A stretch of 64,000 bases of DNA, taken from Octopus vulgaris (Eukaryota). Position 1 is the stretch's first letter. Each line of letters opens with the position of its first letter. The translations under genes were made by a program, and so were the position numbers. Of the stretch, positions 12,451 through 26,059 are shown in pieces. Below the pieces are notes generated by a model. That model was not told where the DNA came from. It worked only from the letters and a program-made list of their open reading frames with translations, and ran no database searches. The stretch covers positions 4,960,001-5,024,000 of the forward strand of contig OX597819.1 of assembly GCA_951406725.2 (NCBI GenBank). Reading direction: 5' to 3'.

Positions 12451-12874
12451 CCTACTTCTTCCCTTCTTTCCTGGGCGTCCAATAATACTTTATTTGTTCC
12501 ACGTCCTCGCGTTGTTATTTTTTTTTTGTTTTTTGTGTTTTCTTGTTTGGATTAACTTTATATACATATATATATATTACTTCAGCCATGTAACCCCCGC
12601 ATGTTGTTCATGAAATTTTTCCTTCTCTGGACTTCTCCAATTTCTTTCCGATGAGAGCTATGCTCGGAATGCTAAAATCTCACTCATTTTTCCACCTTCG
12701 CTGAACATCAAAATAATAGATTCCATGGGTACAGCCTCTTTTTGTTTTCAACTTTGTCTTTCATCCTTTTAGGGCTCAATGAAATAAGCACCAGTTGCAT
12801 ACTGGGAGTCGATGTAATCAACTGGTCCCCTCCCCCAAAATTTCAAGCCTCGTGCCTATAGTACAAAGGATAGT

Positions 12875-12909
<35 letters not shown>

Positions 12910-12970
12910 GCAGACAGGCAGACATACAGACAGACAGACAGACAGATAGATCTATCATGCATTATACATA

Positions 12971-13274
12971 TGATCGCCGTGACCGACCAGGCTATCAGAT
13001 GTTGCTACACATCGCTGGTCACAATGCGCTTCGCATTGTTTTAGCCTTCAAATGACGCCACCCCGCTGGCTAAGCGAGCAGGCCAACAGAAGAAAGAGTG
13101 AGAGAGTTGTGGCGAAAGAGTACAGCAGGGATCACCACCATCCCCTGCCAGGGCCTCATGGAGCTTTAGGTGTTTTCGCTCAATAAACACTCATAACGCC
13201 CGGTCTGGGAATCAAAACCGCAATCCTACGACCGCGAGTCTGCTGCCCTAACCACTGGGCCATTGCGCCTCCAC
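12971..13274 (-). mobile_element. tRNA-derived SINE with 12-bp TSD; a more decayed copy follows at ~13314-13565
   Basis: Head GGAGGCGCAATGGCCCAGTGGTTAGGGCAGCAGACTCGCGGTCGTAGGATTGCGGTTTTGATTCC; TSD GCATTATACATA (12959-12970, 13275-13286). Confidence 0.85.
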
Positions 13275-14599
13275 GCATTATACATACATATATATATATA
13301 TAAATATATCACTTGATTACATGACTGACCAGACTATCAGATGCCGTTACACATCACTGGTCACAATGTGCTTTGCATTGTTTTAGCCATCAAATGACAC
13401 CACTCACCTGGCTAGGCAAGCAGGCCAACACTCTCCTTTGATTGAAAGGGGACTGGAGCAATGTAAAATGAAGTGTTTTGCTCAAGAACACAATGTACCA
13501 CCTGGTCTGGGAATTAAACCCATGATCTAACAATCATGAGTGCAACAGCCTAACCACTAAGCCATATATACATAATTTATATATATCTCTAATTTATATA
13601 TATTATATGGATAGGTTTAACTTCCATTTTCTATGCTGGCATGGGTTGCTCAGTTTGAGAGGATCCAGTGATCCACAGTGCTGCACTGTGCTTCATGTCA
13701 GCTTTTGCATGTTTTCTACAGCTGGATTGTTTTCCTAATGTCAAACACTTTACAATGTGTACTGGGTGCTTCTTTCATGCCACCAGCACCAGTGGGGTTG
13801 CCAAGTAATTTGCAAGATAAAAAAGAACAAGAGGGGAAAAAGAGAAAAGCCCACTCGATTATGTGGGGGGTAATATTTGAGAGGGTTGAAAGGTGATTTT
13901 ATGCCAGGGACAAACAGAGGGGAAAATACGTGGCTTCCCTACATTTTTAGGTAAGACAGTAGCAATGGGGTGCCAGAGAAAAGCCTTCAAGAAATAACAG
14001 ATGATATTGGCAGTGAATCAGGAAGCAGGGAGGTGATTATAAAAGTGTGAGGGGAGAGTACTAGATTATTAGAGATGAAAATAGAGGGGAATGTAGTGAG
14101 AAATGAACAGGTGGGGGTGCAGCTTGATGGGAAAAAGAGAGAGGAAGAGTTGCTCAGGATTAATATTTAGGGAGGAGAGGAAGATGAACAGGAATAGGAG
14201 CAATGTGGAGGGAGATATAGATGTAGATAAGGAGTAGATATAGTAAGTGTTGGAAGTGTTGGAAGACATGAGAGGGCAGTGGGAATGGTAGCCAATATGT
14301 GAGGTGGGGATAGCTCAAAGCAAATAGAAAGGGACAACAGTGAGTATGAAGGAGAGAAGAGGGTGGAGGAGTAGTAACTGGTAGCACAAAGACTTATGGG
14401 ATGTAATATGTGCCATGGGGAGATAGTTGTTGCAGGAAGGTGGGGAGGGAGATGAGATATGGGACATGTTTTATGGGGCAATATGGGTATAGGAATACAA
14501 CCCAGTGTGTACAGTCATGCATACAATGTTTTCAGGACCTCATATCTGCTATTATGGACACGTCTTCTCAAGCACATCAAATCACCAATCATCTCGGTC

Positions 14600-16200
14600 C
14601 CTTGTCATCTCTGTGAGGTTCTACATTTCGAGATCATCTTTCACTAAGTTCCATCGTTAAGTGACTAACGCTTTTTTATGCAGCATTCCTCATCCATATA
14701 CATCACATGACCAAACCAGCACAATTTTTCTCACAATACATCAGCACTTTGTTGTACATGCAACAAACATTGCACATCCAATGGAACATATTAGGTTCAA
14801 TCTTCTCTAGTCCATCGCATGCCCTCCACATTCAGGGTTCAGTATTGCTGTTCAAACACAAGCATCGTACTGTCTAACTTCACTTGGTGAGAGAAAATTC
14901 TTGTTACTAACAGAGATTCCAGCTCTCCAAGCTATATCCTATTTCTTTACTACCCACAAGGAGCTAAACACAAAGAGGACAAACAAGGACAGACACATGG
15001 ATTAAGTCGATTATATCGATCCCAGTGCGTAACTGGTACTTATTTAATCGACCCCGAAAGGATGAAAGGCAAAGTCAACCTCGACGGAATTTGAACTCAG
15101 AACGTAACGGCAGACGAAATACGGCTACGCATTTCGTCCGGCGTGCTAACGTTTCTGCCAAGCTATCTCCATCCCATTCTTATTCTAGTAGCGATACTTT
15201 CAAAACATTTTCCACCTCCACTAATTAGGGCATCCAGGTAACAGAAACACTTCCAGGGCATTTAAGGAAAGTTATCTCCCTTGTGTCCTTCCTGTCCATT
15301 TCTCCTGCACATCTTTCACTTTTAAACTCTACTTCATTGACATTCTTCTGATTCTGCTGCACCTCTTGCATAACATTGGTACACTGTTTGGATTTCCTGC
15401 CAACACCTTTTTTTACATATTGAGTAGGACTATTTACTGGAAATAGGTAGAGCCCTGTCTATTTCCCTACTTACTAGAACTTGGTTTTGCTTCCTTACCT
15501 GGAATTTCTTTAATAAATTCTACTACCTATTGCACTATGAGAAGATCATCAGTCAATAGTAGTTCCTAGCAGCACCTGGTCCAGAGGACAATGATGAATA
15601 GGAGGGGACTGAGAACTGAGCCCCAGTGAACACTTATCTGTACTTTAATTCGTTGCTAAAAACTTATGGCTAACTCTCACCTTACTCACTGTACCCCAGT
15701 ACATGGCTGTATGGCTTTCACAAGCCATTACCCCTAACTTTTTCAGAGATCACAGAGTGAAAGACTCTGTCAAAGGCTTTCTCCAGGTCAAAGAATGCCA
15801 AGAACAATGGTTTACTCTTAGCTAAATACTTTTCCTGAAGTTGTCTGACAATGGAGAAAGCATCAGTAGTACTTCTCCCCAGTACAAAATCACACTGCAT
15901 CTAAGCTAGTCTAATTCTGCTCTTAATTGGGCTCTTTCTTGACCTGGTTCACCAACTTAATACCTCTGTAATTATTTCTATCTAAATCATCCCTGTTACC
16001 CTAGGAACAGCTAACAATTGGATGTAACATCTTCCTGCAAAACCTGATAAACTCTATGAGTGATTAGGCTGTATCCTCCTCTGCCAGATATTTTAAGCAT
16101 CTCAACAGTAATTCATGGTGGACCAGAGGCCTTCCCTGTTTTCATATCCTTAATTGACACATCTATCTTACTGTTGCCAACTAAGATAACTGGTCCTTTA
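14600..16200 (-). mobile_element. Decayed RTE LINE RT region
   Basis: ORF 15718-15900 'GRSTTDAFSIVRQLQEKY...LAFFDLEKAFDRV' corresponds to conserved non-LTR RT motifs; flanks are heavily decayed. Confidence 0.8.
14941..15170 (-). mobile_element. Nin/Deu-type tRNA SINE inserted in RTE debris
   Basis: Reverse-complement match to 2873-3104. Confidence 0.85.
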
Positions 16201-16428
16201 TGGGTCAACATTAGGTAGACTTTCTTCCTCCTATGCATTTTCTATATGTCTTTATCTTTCATTCATTTCAAGTCACAGGACCATGGCCATCCAGGATGTC
16301 AGTCAAACAAATTTACCTTAGTACTTAATTTTAAAGCTTGGTACTTAATCTATAAGTCTATTTCACCAAACTAGCTAAGTTACATGGAAATAAACAAACC
16401 AACACTGGTTGTTGGGTGATGGTGAGTA

Positions 16429-16895
16429 GTGGATAATTTCTGCTACCTAGGGGACCTAATCAACAATGAAGGGAGGTGTACTGAAAGTGCAATTACTAGA
16501 ATAAGAATAGGATGGAGAAAATTCAGAGAGCTTTTATCCTTGTTAGCAACCAAAGGTCTTTTGCTTTCATTGAAAAGAAGATTGTGTGATGCACAGATAC
16601 AAACAGTACTGCTTCATGGTAGTGAGATGTGGACTCTGGATGCAGAAGAGTTGCTAAGACTAGAGAAGAAGGAAGTTAGCATGCTCTGCTGGATGTGCAA
16701 TGTTAGTGGATATATGTAACAGAATGCAAGTGTGTTGAGAGAAAAGTTAGGCATAAGAGGAATTAGATGCAGTGTAAAAGAGAGAGGACTGTGCTGGTTT
16801 GGTCATGCTATGTGTATGAATGTTGACAGATGTGTGAAGAAGTGCAGATCTCTTAAGTGATTTTTGTGGGAAAGGGAGACCCAGAAAGACATGGA
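16429..16895 (+). mobile_element. RTE LINE 3' fragment
   Basis: 'FCYLGD...TRIRIGWRKFREL...LLHGSEMW...LCWFGH'. Confidence 0.85.
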
Positions 16896-18035
16896 GAATC
16901 AATTTGCCATTGTATCTGTAGATTTTATGGCTCCTGTGAATCTTGAATGAGCATTTTCGACATCTCCTTCATTTTGCTTTTAATCAAGGTTCTAAGGCCA
17001 GAAAAGCTGCTCACGACATTTGTGCTGTGTATGGAGAAGGTACCATAGCTGAAAGAACCGCTCATGATTGGTATGCCAAGTTCAAAAATGGAAATTTTGA
17101 CCTCAAAGACGCACCTTGTTCTGGCCGTCCAGTTGCGTTCTATGAAGAGCAATTAAACCAACTTTTGCACAAAAATTCTCATCAAACGACAAGGGAACTG
17201 GCAGAGAAAATGGAATGCTCCCACACTGCTATAGAGAAGCATCTTCACTCGAGGGGAAAGGTTCAGAAGTATGGAGCATGGGTTCCACATGCTTTAAGTG
17301 ACAACAAAAATCAACGAGCCACAATCTCTGCTGGTTTGTTTGCTTGTCACCACTCAACTCATGGACACAAACAACGATTTCTTTACCGAATCGTTAATGG
17401 CGACGAAAAATGGTGCCTGCACATCAATATGAAGCAGCGTAAGAAATGGCTTAGCCCCGGTAAACAAGTGACACCTCACGTGAAACAAGATCTTCATCCA
17501 TGTAAAACGATGGTGGGACTGGGAAGGGATTATCCATTACAAATTGCTTGAATGGAACCAAACTGTCAATACGGAACTCTATGTTCAACAGATGGAACAA
17601 CTCAACACGGCTATTCAAGAGAAAAGACCTAATCATCAACATGGAGTTCTTCTGCTGCATGACAGCGCCCACCCTCTTATCGCCAATATGATCAAGAAAG
17701 CCATTCAAACGCATGGCTGGAAAGTGCTGCCACACTCGCCATGCTCTCCTGATTTGGCACCAACAGATTTCTACATCTTTCAATCTCTTTCAAATGCTAT
17801 GCACGGAGTTTCGTTCAAAACTGATGAAGAATTGAGAGCTTGGTTGGATCGATTTTTTGAGTCGAAATCGGGTGATTTCTACCAGCAAGGTATTGAAAAT
17901 CTTGTTGAACGTTGGAAAGAAGTTGTAAGCAACAAGAGTGAATACATTATTAGTTAATTAGTTGTTATTTTTTATTAAACCTTTTTAAAAATTTAAATTA
18001 AAAAAAAAACGGTGGGAACTTAGTTGCCAACCAAA
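16896..18035 (+). mobile_element. Decayed mariner transposon, left TIR missing
   Basis: ORFs 16943-17551 and 17544-17957 carry the HTH, 'WVPHALS', 'IVNGDEKW', 'LHDSAHP' and 'SPDLAPTDF' motifs, with a frameshift. Right-end TIR-like GAACTTAGTTGCCAACCAAA. Confidence 0.92.
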
Positions 18036-18830
18036 CAGAATAAGAATTGGGTGGAGAAAATTCAGAGAGCTATTAACTCTGTTGGTAACAAAAGGACTCT
18101 CTCTCAGAATGGAAGGTAGACTATATGATGCTTGTGTGTAAATGGCTATACTCCATGGTGAGACATAGGCTCTGAATGCAAAAGACATGCATAGACTGGG
18201 AGAGAAACGAAGGTAATATGCTCTGTTGGCTGTGCAACATCAGTGCCCATGTATGACAAAGTGCAAATGTATTGAGAGAAAAGCTGGGCATAAGAGGAAT
18301 CAAATGTAGCATGCAAGAGAAGAGACTACGTTGGTTTGGATATGTGATGAGTATGAATGAGGACAGCTGCATAAAGAAGTGCTGGTCACTGAAAGTGGAT
18401 GGCACCCGTGGAAGAGGGAGACCCAGGAAGACATGAAGTGTTAACCCCTTACCCAACAATTATTTTGAAAATAAATGTATTTTTTCAGACATATTTTTTA
18501 ATTGTTTTATGTTTTGAATGGTGATTTCGAGGTATATTTCAAACCTTATTTATTATGAATTTTAATTCAATAATATTGATTTTAAATTACCGCTTTGGGC
18601 AGAAACGAGTTAACCCATTTTTAGACGAAGGAACTCGTTTGCTGTCAATTTGGCGAGTCTATCTTTTGATGAGTTAACTCGCCAGAGATAGAAAAAAACA
18701 ATTTCGGTCAAAATGTATATATTCGTTTCTGCTGGGTAAGGGGTTAAGGACTGATCTCAGGAAATTGGACTTCACAGAGGAAATGACCATGGACCGAGAT
18801 GTCTGGTGATAGGTGGTTCTTGAGAAGACC
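18036..18830 (+). mobile_element. RTE LINE 3' fragment split by a piggyBac MITE
   Basis: 'RIRIGWRKFREL...RLRWFGYV...GRGRPRKT' resumes after the MITE as 'KTDLRKLDFTEEMTMDRDVW'. Confidence 0.82.
18445..18743. mobile_element. piggyBac-type MITE
   Basis: TTAA|CCCCTTACCCAACA ... TGCTGGGTAAGGGG|TTAA. Confidence 0.88.
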
Positions 18831-19230
18831 TGCCCATATCAGCAAAACTGAGTTCTAGAAGTGCTGTGTATCCCACCTACACTTAACAAGAAAATTTCTC
18901 ACACACCCTACCACAACTAACCAAACTACATCTCTACATCTCTTCCTCACATTTCCACAACATGCACTAGGCTTACCTCCCACTCCTCAATCCTCTCCTC
19001 CTGGCCCTGTGCCACTGTATCATTGCTCTTCACTAGCTTCTGGCCTGTGTGTTTCACCCATGCCCTGTTTCACTATATCATTGCATATGCCCAGCACTTT
19101 GCCACCATCTCTATCCTGCTGTCTTCTACTCTCTCTCTCTCTCTCTCTCTCTCCTTCTCCTGCACTTCCCTCAGGTTGGGTAGCCATGTATTTCCTTTGC
19201 AGCAACACACCTGTTTCTGTTTTCATTCCT

Positions 19231-19282
<52 letters not shown>

Positions 19283-19764
19283 CCTCTCCCCCCTCTATCT
19301 CTCCCTCTCTCCTGCTGGGGAACCTTGTACCTCCTCTACAGCAAGACACCTGTTTCTGTCTCTCTGCCTCATGATAACCTTTCATCATCTGACACAAGAC
19401 CACCTCCTCTGATGGCCCCTCCCCTCTCAAAAGAGTTCTTTTCTTTTGGTCTTGCAAGTACTTGGTGACCCTGTCAGTGCAGGTGCCACTTAAAAGCACC
19501 CAGTCCACACTGTAAAGTGGTTGGTGTTTGGAAGGGCATCTAGCTGTAAAAACCTTGCCAAAACTGACCTCACCTGTGCATGTGCCATATAAAAAGCTCT
19601 AAGTCCACTCTGCTAAGTGGTGGTGTTAAGAAGGGCATCTAACTGTAAAAATCCTGCCAAAATAGTTACAGGAGTCTGGTGCAGGCTTCTGCCTGGTTGG
19701 CTCTTGTCAAACCGTCCCACCCATGCCAGCATGGAAGGCAGACGTTAAACAATGATGATGAAGC

Positions 19765-20380
19765 ATTTGTCTATCCCTGTTTCTGGTGAGAATGTAATCA
19801 ATCTGGATTATATTCCCACCAGACCGATATAGTGGTTAGGTGGCTGACTGGTTTCCTGAAGTTAGTGTAGCAGATCAGTAAGTCGTTTGTATCACAGAGC
19901 TCCAGGAGCCTCATTTCTAGTGCTAAAGCAAAAACCTCCATGCACACCATAAAATCCCTCGGAGTGTTGCCTAACATGACCGTTGAAATCCCCATCTACA
20001 GTAATAGGGTCATTTTCTTTTGTCGTTGCAGTAGCCTGGAGAAGGGACTCATAGAAACAGTCCTGTTCATCTGCTAGACCAGCACATGGAGAGATAAATG
20101 TCACGGTTACATTATACAAGACTATTCTTAACTTGATAATCGTATCACATATTCTGACAACCTCGATCACCTTATCAACCCACTTCTCACCCAAAAGTAT
20201 ACCCACACCACATACCCCATCACTACTCCCTATCCAGAAGAATTTATATCTACACATCTTGCTCACCATTGTACCTCTTGTATACAGCAAAGATCTGTAT
20301 TTCACATTCAAGCATTTCTACAATCTCACCATTTTTCATAATACTGACATTGAGTGTGGTTGTTCTATGTTTGTGGACTT
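19765..20380 (-). mobile_element. RTE LINE AP-endonuclease domain remnant
   Basis: ORF 19892-20311 'GSSDGVCGVGILL...DGDFNGHV...VHGGF...RNE' and 'LLELCDTNDLLI..TNFRK'. Confidence 0.85.
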
Positions 20381-20383
20381 TAG

Positions 20384-20423
<40 letters not shown>

Positions 20424-20820
20424 CATGCACAGAATTGTGTTCAACATCTGTAAAGAAGAAGAGTACATTTTGAAGCACTTGCCTGGAAGCAGTGTGTCCT
20501 TGCACATATCTGAAAGGAGGTATAGGTATATATGCCTCTGCTCCTCAGGCGTCTCCCTTCAGTCCCATAAAACACCAGCAAACAGGGTGGAGGATGGGAC
20601 AGGTGTGGGTAGGGAAGTCATAAGGCAGCAGCCAGCTTCTTGCTGATAGTGAAAGTATGTGCAACCTTTAAATGCACTTTCTCATATATACTTATATAGG
20701 TATATGAAATGTATAAATGCACATTAGGCATGGAAGTATATGTACATGTATCTCTTATGATAAAAGGCAGGTTTTCTCTGCCTGTGACTATGTTTCTTCT
20801 TAATACAATTGTACAATATA

Positions 20821-21240
20821 GAATTTCTTCAATTGAAATTTACCTATGATTTTTCGAAGTACATTCCATTGGGTCACGGCATATAAAGTTTTTTCAATTT
20901 GACCCCCAATTAAGCAAAAATTTGAGAAAACTAAATATTTTACGATTTGCCTCTCTAATTTCAACTGTTTCACTCCTTCTATTACCACACTTTCTCCTAC
21001 TTTCTCTTTGCAAGTGTACCTTCAACCACTACTCAAAAAAAAATACACAGGAAACAGAAACAAAGAAATGCATAATGATTTACTCCTCACACAATTTCTT
21101 CAATTGGAATTTACCTATGATTTTTCGAAGTACATTCCATTGGGTCATGGCATATAAATTTCTTTCAATTTGACCCCCAATTAAGCAAAAATTCGAGAAA
21201 ACTCAATATTCTCTCTCATTTCAAATGCTTTACTCCTTGC
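20821..21240 (+). repeat. Local tandem duplication (~170-bp unit, two copies)
   Basis: AATTTCTTCAATTGRAATTTACCTATGATTTTTCGAAGTACATTCCATTGGGTCA... at ~20822 and ~21092. Confidence 0.85.
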
Positions 21241-21746
21241 AAACATATACATATATGACAGTGACAAACACAAACGTTTCAAACAACTACATACAAACAC
21301 TCAAATACACACACAGTTATTAGTAAAAAAGGCGCCAAACACAATTCACTTTCTCATTCGAACACATTTGCAAACACACACCAACAATTCACTGACATAT
21401 GGTGAGTAGATGCTAGCCGCTCACATTATGAATTACACTATTACACCATTTGTACTGGGACTGTTGTCTACTTCTCGTTAGTTTTTAGTGTCGAGGAAAC
21501 AAAACTTTCTCGAGAAAGAACAAAAAAAAAACACTCCTAGATTTCACAAAGGACTTTAAGAAACGATAGGACGGTCGAATTGCCATGATAACTCAACAGA
21601 AAAGGTAAATTGGTTTTTAATTTACTTTCTGTCACTAAGTTTTCGTAGTATTAATTTGCGAGCGTACTTCAGTTGTGAATTGTTGAAAGAAAGAAATTGT
21701 AAGCTAAGAAGGTGAGTGTGTGTGTGTGCGTGCATGTGTGTGCGTG

Positions 21747-21786
<40 letters not shown>

Positions 21787-21814
21787 CATGTGTGTGTGTG
21801 TGTGTGTGTGTGTG

Positions 21815-21851
<37 letters not shown>

Positions 21852-21925
21852 GAAGTGAACGATAAAAATATGGCAAGAAGTGGACAGATGTACATATATG
21901 CATACATACATCCATACATACATAC

Positions 21926-21957
<32 letters not shown>

Positions 21958-21977
21958 GTATTAATGTGTGTGTGTTA

Positions 21978-22361
21978 TCTCTCTCTATATAAAGCTGAAG
22001 TTGTCTGTGTGCGCCAGGTTTGGTAACCTTCAACTAACACTATCTCCTCCGAGACCCTGCGGCGCAAGTTGACCAAAATTGAGAGTATGATAGAAGAAGG
22101 GTTGCTCTTCCTTCCGTAGAAGATAAAATTCAAATTGGACCAAATCAAAATTATTTACATCAAAAAGGTGCTTTTTTCTATGAAAATCCCTATTTTTTAC
22201 CATTTTTTCACTGCTGTGTCACCACTTTTCGGTGTATTTCAACCAGAAAAATGTTCACTTGAAGAGAATAACAAGCTACGTAATGCAAAATATTTACTTT
22301 TCAAAAATTCCAATTCCAGCGGGTCGAAACAAACCCGAGCAACGCCGGGCGAAACTGCTTG
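21978..22361 (+). mobile_element. Non-autonomous Helitron
   Basis: A|TCTCTCTCTATATAAA 5' end; subterminal hairpin CCCGAGCAACGCCGGG then CTTG|T (degenerate CTAG); no TSD. Confidence 0.8.
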
Positions 22362-24308
22362 TGTAATTATAAATGTAAGCAAACTGTGATTGAAGTTGAT
22401 ACTTTACATTCTATCTGTAATGGTAATATTGAAACCCTACAGTAATTCACTTTGCTCTCCTCTCATAATTAAAAAAAAAAATTACATGTTATGAGAAAAT
22501 GGTTGTTGCTGAGAATCCTTATGAGTATATGAATCATCAGAATGATTTCAATATGGAACAAAGGAAATTACGTTTACAAAGAAATTAATCAAAAAATTTT
22601 TCCAAAACATTGGAACATTAGAAGAAAAATTTGTTTCTTGCTGATGTAAATTTTACTCCCCCACCCTTTTACTTGTAAATATTCTGCCATGATTTATATT
22701 CTCTTATAGTTTTCCTCAACAACTCCTGCAATTACTCCCTTCAAGGAAATGAATCAGCATCTAATTGGCTTCTATTTTGACATACATTAACTTTGTAGAT
22801 TTTTAGAGGTGTTTTTTTTTTTTAAATATAGAATCAATGACTTTTTTTTTAGTCATCACTGCTAATAATTTTTACAGTATTGAACACAAGGAAAATATGT
22901 ACACCACCCCTAAAATATAAAATTAATGTAGCTAAATGAGAAATTTGTCTTCTACGTAACACGGCTAAAAAAACATATGACTAAATGAGAAAATTATTTG
23001 AATGAAAAGGAAAAAATCCCACAATGGTAATTTGAGAAATATTAAGTTTTAAATGAAGAATATTAGCTATGATATTAAGCTTTATATTAGATCAAAATAA
23101 ATGAAGCCTTTTAAAATCATTGAAAATATATAATCTGTTGACCTCAATTGAAAACTTTCACTGCAACTCTTTTTTTCCTATAGTTGTTATTGATGTTCAG
23201 CCTAAGTGTGTCCATAATCAAAGTTATTCATAACAACTATTTTTCCATCAGACGTATTGTATATCAGGCGACAGCTGTGAATGTCTGCCTTTTAAAGTTC
23301 AGAGAGTAAGGTCTGAGAGAAATTTTGTTGCTACTTCAAGAATGTTGAGCAACCATAAGGAGGGTCTCTCATTTGCATTCTTGTAGACTTAACACTACAA
23401 CTTCTTTCAGATTTTTATCACTTTCAGAAACTGAAGGAATTGTCATTCTGAATAATCTAATCCAGTTATAACAAAAGCACACAAATATGAAATGCTGCAT
23501 TCAGTTCATTGCTGATTAAAACCACCACCACCACCATCACTATGTTCTTCACTTCATTTGCATAACAAAAGCTAAGGTTGGCCATAAACCATTTCAGCCT
23601 TAAATCTTAAGCCTTTTATTGTGATATTTGTATTGATGTAAACTGCTGTTGTTTCAATTTACTTTGAAAATAATGAAGAATTTGGAAAAAATAACTCTGT
23701 ATTAAGTCAGTGTTTTGGACATAGATAAACATGGATTGTTGGTAGAAAATTTTCGTCATCATCATCATCATCATTTAACATTCACTTTCCATGCTGGCAT
23801 GGGTTGGATGATTTGACTGAGGACTGGCGAACCAGATGGCTGCAGCAGGCTCCAATCTGATCTGGCAGAGTTTCTACAGCTGGATGCCCTTCCTAATGCC
23901 AACCACTCCGAGAGTGTAGTTGGTGCTTTTACGTGCCACCGGCACAAGGGCAAGTCAGGTGGTACTGGCAACAGCCATGCTCAAATGGTGTTTTTTGCGT
24001 GTTGCCTGCAGAGGAGCCAGTCCAGTGGCACTGGCAACGACCTCGCTCGAATACTTTTTCATGTGCCAGTAAGGTGACACTGGTAACGATCATGCTCGAA
24101 TGGTGCTTTTTATGTGCCACTGGTATGGAAGCCAGTTAGCTGCTCTGGCAACGATCAATTTTGATCTAGAATATTTAAACAAGGAATTTGTATCATAGAA
24201 CCAGAAGTAGTTTCAGGTGGATTGATATCAAAGAGGTTAAGTTTTTACAAAGTCCAAATATATTTCTACACTTGAGTTTTGACTATGCACCTACTACGGT
24301 ATACTTAT

Positions 24309-25103
24309 ACACCGCTAGAAAAAACTAGCGGTGTCATATGAAATTGTCACCCATAATTATGACCCTAGTATCAATCTATTGCATTTCAATCTATTTTAGA
24401 TTTAGGGTTAGTTAGGGTTAGGGGTGGGGGAAGGGTATCTTTTTTTCTTCACAAATGTAAATAAACCCAATCTGTTTCTTAAACGAGGGACATATTCATA
24501 CGGCACAGAATGTTTTCACCTCAATAAACAGTCATTGATTGGTTGAAATTGCCGAAATGCAAGAAATTAAAGACCAAATATCTTACAAACCATAGAATTT
24601 TCTCAATAAAGCCAAGAGAAAAAGATGTTTTATAAACACATTCTAGCAGTATCGCCCGGCGTTGCTCAGGTTTGTAGGGAAATAGCTATAAAGCATTTTT
24701 AGAGAGTTATAGCCAAAAAATAGAAAAAAAATGGAAAAAAAATGATGGTAAATTTTTTGAGAGTTAAAAAAGGTGGAGTTGCGTCCCCTAGACGGTCTGT
24801 GGTTTGGGTTTCTGATTCTCGACCCCATGTCGAATTTATCGATTTTTTTCAGAACTTGGGGAACTTTTCAAAATTTTCGCTGCGTTAGTTTTGAATTATG
24901 ACATTGGGCTATGTGTGTGTCAAGTTTCATCAGAATCGGTTGAAAGCCGTGGTCAGAGTGAGGGTACGAGAAAACAGACACACAGAAAACGCACAGACAA
25001 ACTGCCGTTTATATAGAGAGAGATTCTACCAGTATACGAAGTTTAAAATTTTTTAGTTACCTAGAAATTATGTTAAAAACTGCCGTTCAAGCCGAAAAGA
25101 TTC
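24309..25103. mobile_element. Partial relative of the 1876-2625 fold-back transposon, interrupted by a Helitron
   Basis: TTAGGG units; right arm ...TTCTACCAGTATACGAAGTTTAAAA...CTGCCGTTCAAGCCGAAAAGATTC matches 2545-2625. Confidence 0.7.
24643..25023 (-). mobile_element. Non-autonomous Helitron nested in a DNA transposon
   Basis: Plus strand CTAGCAGTATCGCCCGGCGTTGCTCAGG ... TTTATATAGAGAGAGA|T reads TC...hairpin...CTAG on the minus strand; the host sequence resumes exactly afterwards. Confidence 0.85.
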
Positions 25104-25237
25104 AAAAACATTGCTACACACAGTACACAAAAAAATCAAAAATTTTGTTAAGAAAATTTTTTTCTTCACACACATTACTATTCCAACAACACTTTGGTTG
25201 TTTCTTTGGTTCTTTTCTTTTCTTTCCTCTGTGCAAA

Positions 25238-25951
25238 ATGAGTCTTCCCAGCTTACCCGCATACTCTGGTGATGTCACACTTTGGTTTGCTCAGTTGGAT
25301 GCGTATTTTTCCGCTCGTGCTGTGCCTCACCAACAGCAGCTAAACCTTTTGTACTGTGGGAGGCCTTCACCTCATGCACGCTCAGTGAAAGATCTCATCA
25401 CTGACCCACATCCAGACACTACTTACGCGTTTATCAAATCCAAGGTCCTCTGTCAGAACACACAATCCGCAGAGAGTAAATTCTGGACACTGATGCAGGA
25501 TGAACACCTGAGAGACAGGACGCCATCTGAGTTTCTTCATTGTTTGCGAGAACTCGGAGACACTCCACTTGAGGACAATCCTCTGCTTAGGAAATTGCTT
25601 TTCTCTCATCTACCGCCAAATGTCCAATGTATACTGGCCACAACGGCCGACTCCAATTCGCTCAATCAGATAGCCACCATGGCAAACAAGATTATAGAGT
25701 TTACTGTGCAACCCACACCTCACTATACCTGTTCGGACCCTGTAGTAGTTTCCTCTACGACCACAATGTCTCCTACCTCGTCACATGATGACATTTTGGA
25801 GAGAGTCGATGCATTAACACATCGCATGAACACACTGTGGCAAGAACATGCCAGCTCTCATCATCCTCGCAGCAGAAGCCATTCTAAGTCATGGTCATCT
25901 AGTTCTACACCAACAGTTTCCAATCTCTGCTGGTACCATGCCACATTTTAA
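25238..25951 (+). pseudogene. Gypsy gag ORF remnant
   Basis: ATG at 25238 in an AAAATG context; C-terminal 'CWYH..F' knuckle truncated by a stop. Confidence 0.8.
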
Positions 25952-26059
25952 GACAAAGCCCATCGATGCATCCAGCCCTGTTCGTTTAAGCTGTCGGGAA
26001 ACTAGTTGGGGAAGATTTGGGCATGTCAAATTCTTCCTGCAACTTTTCATCTCATCATG

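Noticed and set aside
25104-25237. 5' LTR and primer-binding site of the Gypsy element
   Set aside because: No match to 29415-29846 upstream of gag; apparently deleted.
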